NCBI GenBank assembly: GCA_035221665.1 | Contig: CM069143.1 | Location: 16,554,001 to 16,618,000 of the forward strand | From: Okamejei kenojei | Lineage: Eukaryota | Direction of reading: 5' to 3' | Length of the DNA stretch: 64,000 nucleotides | In this document: piece by piece, positions 36,719-49,288 of the stretch | How positions within the stretch are numbered: the stretch's first letter is position 1 | Layout: the number at the start of each line of letters is the position of its first letter | Program-made: the position numbers and the translations under genes | The notes under the pieces: generated by a model | What the model was told of the DNA's origin: nothing | The model's database searches: none | What the model saw: the letters and a program-made list of their open reading frames with translations, nothing else

Positions 36719-39249
36719 TGTTCAAGGACAAGCATTTCCTGTAAGTAAAACTCCTATGCATGCCTGGAAACCCCACGCATGCATGGTCTTTATTAAGTTG
36801 TTAAAGGCACATTACACATATCATAACATCCCCTCTTTTTCCAAAAGAGAAAAACGTACAGCTGTACAATGTGTATATCTGTCCAAGTGAGAAAATAACA
36901 CTTTTTCTAAAGTAAAATTTCCTTTCCTTCTCATTATTTTATTTAAATAAACTTATTTTATCTTACTTGCAACCCCATACAGACATAATAATTGATAAGA
37001 ACTAAATCAATGGGTCACATAGTCTCCAAAATATTTAGGTGGTCTTACAGCTCATCCTGAGCGAGTTCTCTCTGTTTCGATAATGTCAATATCTTTGTTT
37101 TTGTCAGATTGCTCAGTAGCTGGTTTTTTTCGTAGGCGCTAGCTGCTGTTTCAACGCCTGTGTTGCGTTAGTTGTGGTCGGTGTAATAGATTTGCCCTGG
37201 TCTTTGATGGTCAGACCGTGCTTCGCGTGTGCACGTGTGACTAGCTTGTCTGGTGGGTTTTCACAGGTCTTGCAAAGATGTACGCGATTACGACAGCATA
37301 TGCCAGATGGGCTCTGAACCACATATGAATGCTCGACAGGCTAGCGAGAAATGATGGCTTTCTCCAAACACTTCTTGTCTTGTACAAGGGGTTGCATTCG
37401 CACTGTGTCGCCCTCATGAAGTGTGGTAAAGTCTTTAGCTGACTTATTGTAATTGTCAGCTTGCTGCTGAACGCACTGCTTTATTTGTTCATGCTCGTAC
37501 ACAACTCTGGGTTCAAGTCGTCTCGCTGTCCTCGGCAGAAGTGTACGTGTGCAATGATTCATGAGGCACTGAGCGGGACTTGTGCTCAGCCCTTGCAAAG
37601 GCGTATTACGATGATCCATCATGACTGGGTAGGGGTCGGATTGTGATTTGCTGCTCTTCATCATGATTTGCTTCGCTGTTTTGATGGCTGATTCTGTCTT
37701 CCCATTCACTTTGCTCCATAGATGCTGCCTCACCCACTGAGTTTCTCCAGCATTTGTTATCTACCTTTGATTTTTCCATTCGCTGATTAGCTTTGCTTCC
37801 AAGCAGTGGTATGAAGCCATCACTGACCACAATGAACTCCACAGAATATTTGCAGTTTGTCTTGGGGTTGAGCAGCTTAACCCGGCAAACTCCTTCCGCG
37901 TCCATTGTAGTCTTATTTTACCATGGGGCTAGTGTGTGTCTACGCCGTGTAAATATCTGAGTGGCAAGATGTTCACGACTGCTCCGCTGTCCACTTGGAA
38001 GTCGACCTGCTTCCTATTGACACACATCGATGTCTAGGTTGCACCGTGTTAATTGTGAGCGTGATACTATCAATGTACTCAATACTTGTGTCACTTCCGG
38101 CCTGGTTGTCCACTTTGCGTACTTTCTTCTTTCTGCACACTTTGGCAAAGTGGTTGTGACTGCCACTTGCCCTACACGTCTGTCCGTAGGCTGGACATTG
38201 CTGTTTGTCCATTGCATGTTCTTTGCCACAATACTTGAATGCTTTCGCTTCTTGATTGTGCTTGCCTTGGCTTTTCTTAGGCTTAGCCCACTTGCTTTGC
38301 ATGTGTGGGTATTGCACAGCCGCGCCTCTCTTGCCGCTCTGCTGTCTGACTTTGTGGACTGCAGCAACAGACCTGCTGCGTCCGGTAAAAATGTGGTGAT
38401 GTGACTCAGCAGTCTCGGCACTTTTGCAGATGTCGATACAGCCGTTGAGCGTGAGCTTCCTTTCCTGCAGCAAACTTCTCCTCGTTTGCGAGTCGCTAAT
38501 GCCCAACACATGAATGATATTGGCTAGTTCATGGCTCTCCTTGTTGTTGGCGAACACAAAACTGTTGTAAATCTCCAGTCCTGATTTGCCAATTGTATGG
38601 AGAAACAATACCATCTGTTATGCTGGTGTTTGCCAGTTTAGCTGTGCGAACACGCTGTAGTTTGCCCACATCCAACGCCATGTTTTCCAACCCTCCTTCA
38701 CTCCACGGTTGACGGTTAATGGGGTCGGTGGTCGTATACTGCTCACAGGAGGCAGACCGGCAGTGTGCTGTGGAGTGCTAGCGGTGGCCATATGTGTAGG
38801 CTGGTGGGTTACACAAAAAGCTGGAGAAACTCAGCGGGTGCAGCAGCATCTAAGGAGCGAAGGAGATAGGCGACGTTTCGGGTCGAGACCCTTCTTCAGA
38901 CTGTAGGCTGGTGGTCGCCCGTCTCCTCGTCCACACTCTGCTTGCTGCTGAGCAGCCGTCTGCCCCACCCTTCGGGTAGCCATGTCGTTTTCCGGCAGTT
39001 TTAATATTTTCCGTGCCTTAAATGCTGCTCACTCACCAATCCTACGGTGCTTGACAGTTTCACCAATACTTAGCTGCTAACTGTTCCTGCCCGGAGATTC
39101 AGGTTGTGGAAGAAAAAATATTCTTTAAGGCACCACCGCTGCCACCATGTTTAAGGACAAGCTTTTCCAGTAAGTAAAACTCCTACGCATGCCTGGAACC
39201 CTCATGGACTTTATCAAGTCGTGAAAGGCTCATTACACATATCATAACA
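36719..39249 (-). mobile_element. Gypsy-like LTR retrotransposon, internally deleted (no RT/RNase H)
   Basis: TG...CA LTRs at 36719-36828 and 39148-39249. 5-bp TSD gtctc/atctc. PBS TGGTGGCAGCGGTGG (tRNA-Leu 3' complement) and PPT AAAAAGAGGGGA. Gag zinc knuckles (CGKEH....CPA, NHFAKVC) and integrase end (NGKTESAIK, RNTP, SPAQ). Confidence 0.92.
38808..38901 (-). mobile_element. Solo 94-bp PLE pLTR with hammerhead motif, 13-bp TSD
   Basis: TSD tgtaggctggtgg at 38795-38807 and 38902-38914. Essentially identical to 50175-50271 and to 3632-3725. Confidence 0.92.
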
Positions 39250-39679
39250 ATCTCAACCCAAAACAATACCCATTTCTTATCTCCAGAATCTGCCTGTCCT
39301 GCTGAGTTACTCCAGCATTTTGTGTCTATCTTGGATTGACTCCTTTGGCACGTTGTCCTAAACATACCAACTGATGAAGACGACGATGGCTGTGGTGTTT
39401 TCATTTAGATGGTCCCCTGTGTCCTTGAATATGGACCAATCTCGCTGGTGAAGCTCTGGATGGTAGTGTAGTGTGGACATTATCTCCTTGTTTAGAATAT
39501 GTGATTGACAAGCTGAGCTGGGAAAAGAAACAGCTAACAGATTGATTCAGATTGAATAAACTTTGCCACTACTAGGAAGGAGACAAAAAGAAGCTAGCTA
39601 AGCTATAGTGAGGGGGGGGGAAGGTTCATGTCTCTGAAAGGCAAAACCAGGGTGACCATGAGGATAAGATATAAACAGT

Positions 39680-40215
39680 CCCAGACTATCACTCAAACCG
39701 ACCTCCCTTCCATTGACCTCTACACTGCGCGCTGCCTAGGCAAGGACTACCAGCATAATCGAGGACCAGTCTCTACCCGCTCACTCCCTCTTCTCCTCTC
39801 TCCCATCAGGCAAGAGTTGCAGAAGTTTAAAAAAGCATTGACCCGAAAAGTCGCCTATTCCTTCTCTCCATAGATGCTGCCTCACTAGCTGAGTTCCTCC
39901 AGCATTTTTGTCTACCTCCAGATTCAAGGACAGTTTCTTCCTTGTTATCAGGCAACTGAGCTAACCTATCACCATCTATAGTGTGATCCTAACCTCCCAT
40001 CTACTTCATTGGAGATCTTTGAACTATTTTTTAATCAGACATTATGGACTTCATCTAGAACCAAACATTATACTCTTTGTGTTGTATCTGTACACTTTGG
40101 ATGGCTTGATTGTAATCGTGTATAGACTTTTTGCAGACTGGATAGTACACAACAAAAAGCTTTTCACTGTACCTCGATACACACGACAATAATAAACTAA
40201 GCTAAACTAAACTAA
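39680..40215 (+). mobile_element. Rex1-like LINE 3' fragment with an inserted PLE pLTR piece (39840-39916)
   Basis: LPSIDLYTARCLGK...RF.DSFF remnants with an (AAACT)n tail, and internal gacccgaaaagtcgcctattcc...tttgtctacc. Confidence 0.75.
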
Positions 40216-41284
40216 GCTTCTCTGGTCCATTAGTGAGTGGGAGCGATTGGGACAGAGGCCAAAGGAAAAATAACATAAGCAAAAGAATATGAAGATATGA
40301 GCTGATCTGCTGAATATTTCCAGTATTTTCTGTTTTCATTTAGGATTTTAAGCATTTGCAGTTTTATTTATTTTTAATAAAATAATTTAAATATCACGGC
40401 TTCGGGGATAGTGCTGGGTGGACAATCACTACACTGACACTCACAGTAGGCTGAACTCACATGATATGTTTTATTTATAGGAGAAGAAAGTCCAGGTGCA
40501 TTTGAGGGAGCCATCCCTTGTCATTGATGCGCTTGTGAGGAGTTGCTGTCGGTCTCTGGCTTGTCATGGCAGCTAAGCCCTTGCCTCTGTGTATGGGTCA
40601 GTCGGTCCGTCAGTCCCTCTGTCCGTCAGTCTCTCCATTTGTTCAGTCGGTCGGTTTGTGGGCTGCACCCCCCCCCCCCCCCCCCAAGACCTCCTCATCT
40701 TCCCTACAGTGTGTAAAGCAGAATTCCACACAATACTCCTAATGTGGCCGAACAAAAGTTTTATACAGCAGCAGTGCAATTAACAACTTTTACGCTCAAT
40801 GCCCTGCCATGCTGTAAATCTTCTTTATCACCCTTCCCACTTGTATTCACATTTTCAGGGAGCAATGGATATTGGCTACAATGTTGCTGGCTGAAGTGAC
40901 TTTTATGACTTTTAAAATTCAGGGCCATGATAACCATACCTTTGTCCAGAATTGATTTATATCATATAGTCCTGGTGGTCAGCTACTACTGTAAGTCGTG
41001 CTGCTTGTGCAGTTTTGCCTAAGCTGTGCTGATATCCTTCTGCAGGGGAATGCTGTAGTGGATATAGTAGACATTTGTTTTTATTGGTTGATATCGTTGC
41101 AGTCTCTTGAACTGTTCTGAATGCTGTAAACACTAATAATCTGCTACAACTACAGCTAACAATAGCCCATTATTCACTTGAAAACGTGCTCTGTTTCTCT
41201 CAAAGACCAAATATCTTCAGGGAATGACCTGGCGTGGGATACTTTGTATCTTTGTCAGCGCAATTCTTTGGTGTGCCAAACATA

Positions 41285-44200
41285 GAGTAGTAAGATTAAA
41301 CGAGAACTTACCAGTTTGAAGTTTGATCTTTATTTTATGAGGAGTCGAGTTGAGGGACTACGTGAATAGAAGCCCGTACAGCCGTTGGTGCGTCAATCTT
41401 CAAAGCAGCGGAATGAATTCACAGCTAACAATGACTGAAGTATAACGGTAAGATGATAAAACTAGAACTACCAGATGAGATCTATGAGGGTGGGAGCGGA
41501 GGGCACGTAGTCCCTCAACTCGACTCCTCATAAAATAAAGATCAAACTTCAAACTGGTAAGTTCTCGTTTAATCTTACTATTTTACTTCGGAGTCACGTG
41601 AGTGACTACGTGAAGACTTCAAAGCACTGTGAATTCACGCCGCAGACTCAAATCCGACGTTCACACTGCCTGGATTGACTCAAAAGTCGTTAACAATCAA
41701 TCATGCATCAGTAATACATTTGTTAAATGAAATAACAGTTTATTTACAAACAAATCATAACAAACCCCTCTAACTCAGGGGAAAAATGTAACAGTACTGA
41801 CACCAATCAGCAAACACCCCGAGCCTTGAAATCGGCTTGTGATAAAACCTCTGAAAATTTAGCTCACTGGACCATCCTGCGGCCGCGAGGACCTTGAAAT
41901 CGTTGCACCGACACCTTACTGTGTGGTTTTTTGTGACTAATAAACAAAGCCAACTCTGTTCCTCTCAGAGGTTTAGTAATCTCAATGTAACGAGATAAAT
42001 GTGAGACTATACAGAAGCGATCATCTGCGGGGTATGCTGAAACACAATCTTACATCCTGTCATGCCTCTTTTATTATGTTTAAGCAAATCATAGGCATAA
42101 AATATAATGGCATCAGCCGACACATGCATTCTATCTAGCCGTAGCTTTTGCAATGTTTGTACACGTTGGGCTGAAACCAACACCATAAGCATGACCACCT
42201 TCACAGTTAATTTGGCTATAGATAGGCTTGTAACCGGAGCCCACTGGCGAAGAACCATAAGAACCTCACTCACATTCCAAATCCCGGCATACCTGGGTTT
42301 AGGAGGATTAGAATTGAAAACTCCCTTCATGAATCGTGAACTAACGGATGTGTCCCTACTGTATGCAATTCTGCATTCATAGGTAAATAAGAAGACAGAG
42401 CACTTCTGGCTGAATTAATCGCACTGTAACTTAATTTTTTGGTCAAAATAAAGAGTTGACAAACTCCAATACATCCGTGATCCCTGCAGTGTGATATACA
42501 ATATCCTGCTGTAGGCAGAATTGCTCCCACTTCCTTATCTAGTTGATATATTGCTGCTGTGTACTATCCCTGCAGGCTGACGTGAGAACATCCACCGTCC
42601 GATGAGACAGTCCTCTCCCCAGGTATGGCCTCCTTAAAATCTGCAAATTAACAGATCAATACGATCCTACAAAGGATGTTGATCCCCAGTGACTGGATTT
42701 ACCAGTAGATTTTCTATTCGTGGGCATAAGCATGTAAGGCTCCCTAGCCATTTGTAATACAACGGGAAACCATGCTCGTGTAGGCCAATCTGGCACTACC
42801 AATACCCCTGAAGCAGAGTCCTCCTTGATCTTTTGCAAACATCTGCTGATGAGACAGAATGAAGGAAATACATACACAAACATTCCTCCCCCAATGCAGC
42901 TAAAATGCATCCACTGCTACTGCCCCAGAATCTGGTTACCATGAAACATATCTAGGTAACTGATGATTTAATCGAGATGCAAACAAGTCAATATCTGGCA
43001 ATGCATACTGATCAATCATTTGGTTAAATACATCCTGATTTAACATCCATTCAATGTTGTCATTAAACTGACGTGACCTCTTCCTGGCAAATAAAGTGCT
43101 GAAAGCCAGATATTTTGGTCAATACACCAGCTCCAAATCTGGTTAGCCAGTCTATCACAAGACTGTGACTTAACTCCACCCATGTGGTTTACATATGCCA
43201 CTGCTGTGGTGTTGTCAATCTGACCTGCACATGCAGATCCCTCCTTGTAGAACAATAAGCTTTGAGCCCATACCAGGTGCCCAACAACTCTAAATAATTA
43301 ATCCCTCTTAATTGAGGAAGTGATGTCTCATCCACATTCCATCTGCCTCCACAACTAGAAGACATATCTGTTGCACCCCAACCCAGTGCACTTACATCAG
43401 TCTGTAATCAGTGACGGTGATTCCACCAAACCTTCCTTAAATTTTTGGAAACATGTACTATCCACCATTGTATGTCAGCAATCGCCCCAGCTGACAACTG
43501 CATAGGCCTATCAAAAATGGCCCCTTTGTATTCTCAGTGCCTGTTCCTTTGATGGTTGTAATTGTTGATAATGCAGAGGACCATACTGCACAGCTGGAAA
43601 GGCTGCAACAACTTCCCAATAAAACTGGCTACTTGTCTAATCGAAGGCCGTTGTTCTCCAATGAGATTAACACAGTCCTCAATTAACTGATTCAATTTAT
43701 TAACACGAGATCCAACGAGATTAACACAATTAACTGATTCAATTTATCCCTGGGCAAAGTTACCAACATGTGATTGGAATTAATGGTAAATCCCAGATAA
43801 TCAATAATTTGGACTGGTGATAATTTAGATTTATCTGGGTGAATAACAAATCCCATTTGTTCAAAAGTGATTTTAACAACTGAAACTGATGATTGGGTTT
43901 CAGCATGAGTCTTTCCAACAATCAGAATATCATCTAAATAGGCCATTACCACATGCCCCTGAGCTCTAAGTAATGCTAACACAGGTTTTACCAATTTAGT
44001 AAATAACCTAGGAGCTGAAGTTAATCCATTCGGCAATGTCCTGAATTGCCACAGCTCAGTCATCCAAATAAATTTCAAATATCTTCTATCATCACCATGA
44101 ATAGACACTGCGTAATACGCATTCTTTAAATCAATGGTTCCCCGTGGTAAAGGTCTCCATTTTGAAATGCCTATAACAAACAAATTTGTTCGATAAATCC

Positions 44201-44315
44201 AGAATAATTGTACATCCCCCAGTCTTTTTAGATCTGGGAAATATACTTGACAGACACACCAACGGCTGTACGGGCTTCTATTCACGTAGTCACTCACGTG
44301 ACTCCGAAGTAAAAT
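41285..44315 (-). mobile_element. DIRS1-type copy 3, gag-less deletion derivative with intact termini and ICR
   Basis: 5' end at 44315. The ITR is joined directly to the middle of the RT 5' region at about 44250. RT YLDD, RH, MT and YR remnants; ICR at 41504-41615. Confidence 0.93.
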
Positions 44316-45291
44316 ATTACTGTCTTGTCACATGTGATGCATTCATTCATTCATTCATTCTGAAAAGGTTAGCCTAGAAGTACATCAATGTGAAAGTTGA
44401 AATCTGATTCTCTCTCTGTAGATGTTACCTGACCTGCTGAGTATCTACAGTGTTTTCTGTTTCATTCTTTTAATTTCAGGGAATATGTTCCTGACACTCA
44501 GAAAAATCAATGTAAGATGAAATAATCTTAGCTTCTGGGATGGTCATATTGATTCTTCAAACATTAGAGCTGTCCGATGAATCAGTGGATATGAAGATTT
44601 TTCATATGTATGCAGAATTCATTCAGAGTATTCTTTTGATCCCAAATGAAGTCTTCTTATGAATACAAATGATACAAAGGTCAACATTTCATGCTGAGAG
44701 TGAAATATATAATTTTAGATATAATGTTTTATTAAATTCTACCAAGTTTAGCTGCAGTAGCTAAATTCCAATTACTGTTAAAATTAGTGGCCTTCTTTAT
44801 ATCTGTGAGCTGGAGAATGTCTGAAACTGTTAGCTGGCACCATTAATCATAACAGCAAAACTATTCCCACATGCAAAGGAATAGTTGAGAGAAGATTACT
44901 GGAGCTTAATCTTCACATCCGAGGAGAAAAAAAATAGCTATGAGAGATTCTTTGAAGAACATCAAAGAACATTAAATATTGAAAGAACAATAGATATTGT
45001 AGATAGGAGACCTGAAATTACTTTGAAGGACATTGGAAATAGAGTTGTATAAATGTTGAGGCAGAAGTTGGCTCTTCGGCATTCTACATCTGTACTAACC
45101 TTTTTCTAACCTACTCTAATCCCATTTGCCTGCATTAGGACTATGTCCTTCATTGCCTTGCCTATTCATTTTTCTGTTGAAATGCCATTTAAATGTAGTA
45201 ATTGCACCTGATAAGTAGGACTACAGGACATCAATAAAAGCAGTGAAAAGAAAAATTCAGAACAGACTTAAAAAAAAAAAAAAAGTCTTAA

Positions 45292-45617
45292 AACCCCTGT
45301 CCCACAGTACGAGTTCATTCCAAGAGCTCTCCCGAGTTTGCCCTGATTCGAACTCGGAAATTTACGGTAATGGCCACTCATCGATACTCAGGGCTTTCGT
45401 GGACATTTTTCAACATGTTGAAAAATCTTCACGAGTCTTCCTGTGCTTACCTGCCATTAGCAAGTCTTCCCGAGTACCTGCACGTTACGAGCCAGAAAGA
45501 GACATCCCCGAGCTCCGACGTACCCACTACATTCATTCTCCGTGCTCACCACGAGTTAGAATTTTTTTTAAACTCTGGAGAGCTCTTGGAATGAACTCGT
45601 ACCGTGGGACAGGGCTA
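45292..45617. mobile_element. PIF/Harbinger-like MITE
   Basis: TIR of about 48 bp (aacccctgtcccacagtacgagttcattccaagagctctc / gagagctcttggaatgaactcgtaccgtgggacagggcta) with TAA/TTA flanks. Confidence 0.8.
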
Positions 45618-46134
45618 TTACTTAGTGTACAAAGTACATAACTGGAAACAGAAAAATTGTTGGGGTTATCCAAAATAAGACTAGAAGGTATGGTGAACTT
45701 AAAAAAAAATTACATCCATTTGCTTCACCCTCGATTTCACTTATGCACTTGTGTTTCTTTTCATTGGCCTTTGGAATGATTTTTAAAAAAAATCAGGATG
45801 TATTGTTCTTCATTACTCGATTGTAATCATGTATAATCTTTCTGCTCACTGGTGAGCATGCACAAAAAGGCTTTTCACTGTACCTCGATACAAGTGACAA
45901 TAAACTAAACTAAATAAAATGCAGCTGTGCAATGGTACAAATATGCCAAAGGAGAAAGATGTGGTCCAGCATCTCGAAGACTGCAGACCGGATGAACAGG
46001 GAGAGATATATCACTTTGTCAACATGAAAGAGAATGTCATTAGTGACTTTGTTAAGAATATTAGTTAAGAATGTTAATTCTTAATAATAAGAATAGTTAA
46101 CAATAAGAAAAATAGTTAATTTGTTAAATGATTA

Positions 46135-46272
46135 GTATGCGTGTCAGAGGTTATGGGGAGAAGGCAGGAGAATGGGGTAGGAGGGAGAAATAGGTCAGCC
46201 ATGATTGATTGGCAGAGTAGACTTGAAGGGCCGATTGGCCTAATTCTGCTCCTATCACTTATGATCTTATGA
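46135..46272 (+). mobile_element. CR1-like LINE 3' tail
   Basis: ggttatggggagaaggcagg...tcagccatgattga...aagggccgattggcct, with cttatgat repeats. Confidence 0.7.
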
Positions 46273-46734
46273 TTATTGGTATTGTAAAAAGGCCAGGAGC
46301 TGATTGGAAGGATATAGACACAGAGGTTGGGGTGATATTGGAACGGATTTTGGACAATGTACCACAATCTATTCTGCAGATCATACACATTGCAAAACAG
46401 TGATGGAGTGGACATTGACAAACACATCACCATCTCCTGGTCTTCACAGCTTACGTCTGTTTGGTTCTCATATTATTTATTGATTCACAACATCCAGTAC
46501 CTTTGATTATCTTCCCTCATCTTAAAATCCAGGTATTACCAGTAACATAACCAAAGGGAAAGAGCAACAGCAAATTCTGCCTGGAGGTACAATGCCATTG
46601 TAATACTTCTGTTATAAACTTGAGTCCACATTCATCTTTCACATCAAGCTATTTGGAATGCTGTGGGGATATTGCCAGCACTTATGATCCAAATATCAAG
46701 TGTATTAGCTCATACATTGTAAAAAAAATCATAC

Positions 46735-46868
46735 TGTAGCTGCGTTTAATGCTGCTGATAAATCTAATTTGAAAGCGCACAGTGGAACCCCCTCTTCATC
46801 ATATCCACGTTGCCCGTGACACTTATAATCCATAGCAAACTGCCGTAAAAGGTGGTTTGTCACAGATA
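46735..46868 (-). CDS. Candidate internal coding exon of an unidentified host gene (xSVTNHLLRQFAMDYKCHGQRGYDEEGVPLCAFKLDLSAALNAAT)
   Basis: Acceptor tacctcttacag|TA and donor ACA|gtatga. 134 nt, phase 1 to 0, open and protein-like. Confidence 0.6.
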
Positions 46869-47209
46869 CTGTAAGAGGTATAAATCTAGATCGGATCATC
46901 TTTCCCCTTATATCAATATGAATCTGCATTATTTATGTTTGCTGCAGGAAATTTGTTAGAACTAGAACTTAATATGTTATCTTAATTAATTGCTGGTGAA
47001 GAAATCTCACTGCCTAACATGTTATCATTTGAAGCTTTGTTGTCTTCCCCTCAATTTAGATACTGTAATGCTAGCAACAGGAAATTATAACAGAATGAAC
47101 ACATTTTGGGAAGTTTGAGGAGCTAAAAGCATGTAACAATTGAAATTTGGATAGTTGATAACTGGAAGGATGAAATAAGAAATATATGAATTACGAGATA
47201 TTGTTGTGG

Positions 47210-47560
47210 CTCTGTGGGAGAACTTGCATCTGAACTGGATGTCAGGGATTCAATTCTTAATGCAGAGAATTGTGCACAGTTTTGTGATGGCATACCAGTG
47301 TGGAATGGTGGGAGTGCTATACTGTCAGAGAAGGCATGTGGGCTGCGGATTATAAGTGGATGTGAAAGATCCTACAGTATCACTAGTCTACATTTACTGC
47401 TCAAACAACACGTAACACAGATGATCTTCTCATTTATTTCCTTTTAAATGGTTGTGCACAGATAAGCTGTCTCATTCCAACATTGTGATGAGTATATTTC
47501 AAAACTATTTTTAAAGCATTGTGGATTGGAAAAGATAATTAAAAAGACAGAACAAAGATT
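47210..47560 (+). mobile_element. Ancient DeuSINE/SacSINE1-like remnant
   Basis: gggagtgctatactgtcagag and the ctgtctcattccaacatt...ttcaaaa tail resemble remembered Deu-domain SINE segments. Highly decayed. Confidence 0.4.
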
Positions 47561-48054
47561 GTTCTGCTTTTTCTTCAGAATGGGTATGTTACCGAGAAAC
47601 ACAAACCAGGGTTAAATGCAAGGGCCATAGGAGAAGTTATTCAAATAGCTTGCATTTGGTTGACTTCTGGAGAATTTGCATGGATTAGTTGTCCATATAA
47701 AGTTGGAAGTAGCTGATAACATGACTACATTGACCAGCAAGGCAGTGCTTAATCTTTTAATTTAATATTCTTAAATTATCTATTCTGCAAGTTATATTTC
47801 AATGTCAGCACCAATAAAGAATTCAGTCTATGTGCAGAACTGACATTGCCGTAGTTCCTATTATGTGTTCCAACAGTATAAAAGTTCACATTTCCTTCTT
47901 TTTAACTAATCAGTTTAAGTATTTAAATTTAAATGGTTAATATTACTTTCATTTACCTTTCAGTTTTAAAAGTCTTACATAAAACATTTTAGATTAAATA
48001 TTTGTACCCAGAAACTAGGAAAAGCATTTTGTAATATTTTCATATTATCTTACT

Positions 48055-48378
48055 TGGAGAGAGGCCATACAGCCCATCAAGTCTATGCTAGCTCACAGAG
48101 CGAGCCTATTCCCCATCAATTTTCCAATCTCCTCGAATTCCCAACAGCATTTGCCCAGATTCTACCACTTGTACAGAGAGTAATTTAAAGTGGCCAATTG
48201 ACCCTCCAATCTACCCATCTTTACCATATGGGAGGAAACTGAAGCATCAGGGAGACACCTGCAGATGAATGTGAAACTCCATGTAGACAACACCAGAAGA
48301 CTCGGATGAACCTCGTTCACTGGAGGTGTGAAGCAGCAACACAGCAACTCTACCAGCTGTGCAACTGCTCCACCCAAA
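48055..48378 (-). mobile_element. V-SINE (HE1-like)
   Basis: Reverse complement gives head ggtggagcagttgcacagctggtagagttgctg, V domain tggagtttcacattc...gtttcctcccatatgg and a CR1-like tail. Confidence 0.7.
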
Positions 48379-48547
48379 ATGTTAATTCATGTCTTTTAAA
48401 TCCCACTAGTGTTTGAAATACACAACAATACATCCTTACCACTCTCAATTGAAATTCTATTTTCAATAAAGCCCCAATTTATGAAGTCTGCTCATGCTGC
48501 ATACTCTTTTGGTTGTGCGATGATTCTGTGTGCCAGAGCAATCAGTT

Positions 48548-49212
48548 ACGTTTAGTTTTTTGTCACATGTAATGAGGTACAGTGAAAAGCTTTTGTTGTG
48601 TCCTAACCAGTCAACAGAAAGACATACATAATTACAATCAATCCATTTACAGTGTATAGATACATGATAAGTGATTAACGTTTAGTGCAAGTGTAAGCCA
48701 TTTAGAATGGAGATGAGGAAAAACCTTTTCACACAGAGAATTGTGAGTGTGAAATTCTCTGCCTCAGAAGGCGGTAGATGCCGATTCTCTGGATGCTTTC
48801 AAGAGAGATTTAGCAAAGATACCAGCGCCAGAGGATATGGGGAGAAGGCAGGAATGGGGCACTGATTGTGGATAATCAGCCATGGATGGCGGTGCAGCCT
48901 CAAAGGGCCGAATGGCCTATTCCTGCACCTATTATCTATTGTCTATTGTCTAAAGCCAACAAAGTCTAATCAAGGATAGTCCAAGGGTCATCAAAGTGGT
49001 AGATGGTAGTTCAGTACTGCTCTCTGGTTGTCGTGGGATGATTCAGTTGCCTGATAACAGCTGGGAAGAAACTGTACCTGAATCTAGTGGTGTGCATTTT
49101 CATACTTCTATCTCTTTTGCCTGATGGGAGAGGGGAGAAGTGGGAGTGGCCAGGATGCAACTCATCCTTGAGTATGCTGCTGGTGTAAATGGAGTCAATA
49201 GAAGGGAGAAAC
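48548..49212 (-). mobile_element. Rex1-like 3' fragment, interrupted by a CR1 3' fragment (+, about 48701-48952)
   Basis: LPSIDSIYTSSILKDELHPGHSHFSPLPSGKR...RFRYSFFPAVIRQLN. The CR1 piece is flanked by aagcca and ends in (ctattgt) repeats. Confidence 0.8.
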
Positions 49213-49217
49213 ATTGT

Positions 49218-49288
49218 TGCACTTGTTGGGAATTGAAAGCGTGCCTCTTGCATGGCAAGCGAGAATTCTACCATTGAACCAAAAATTA
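49218..49288 (-). pseudogene. tRNA-Gly(GCC) pseudogene
   Basis: Reverse complement tggttcaatggtagaattctcgcttGCCatgcaagaggcacgctttcaattcccaacaagtgca aligns to vertebrate tRNA-Gly-GCC. The acceptor and T stems are disrupted. Confidence 0.8.
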
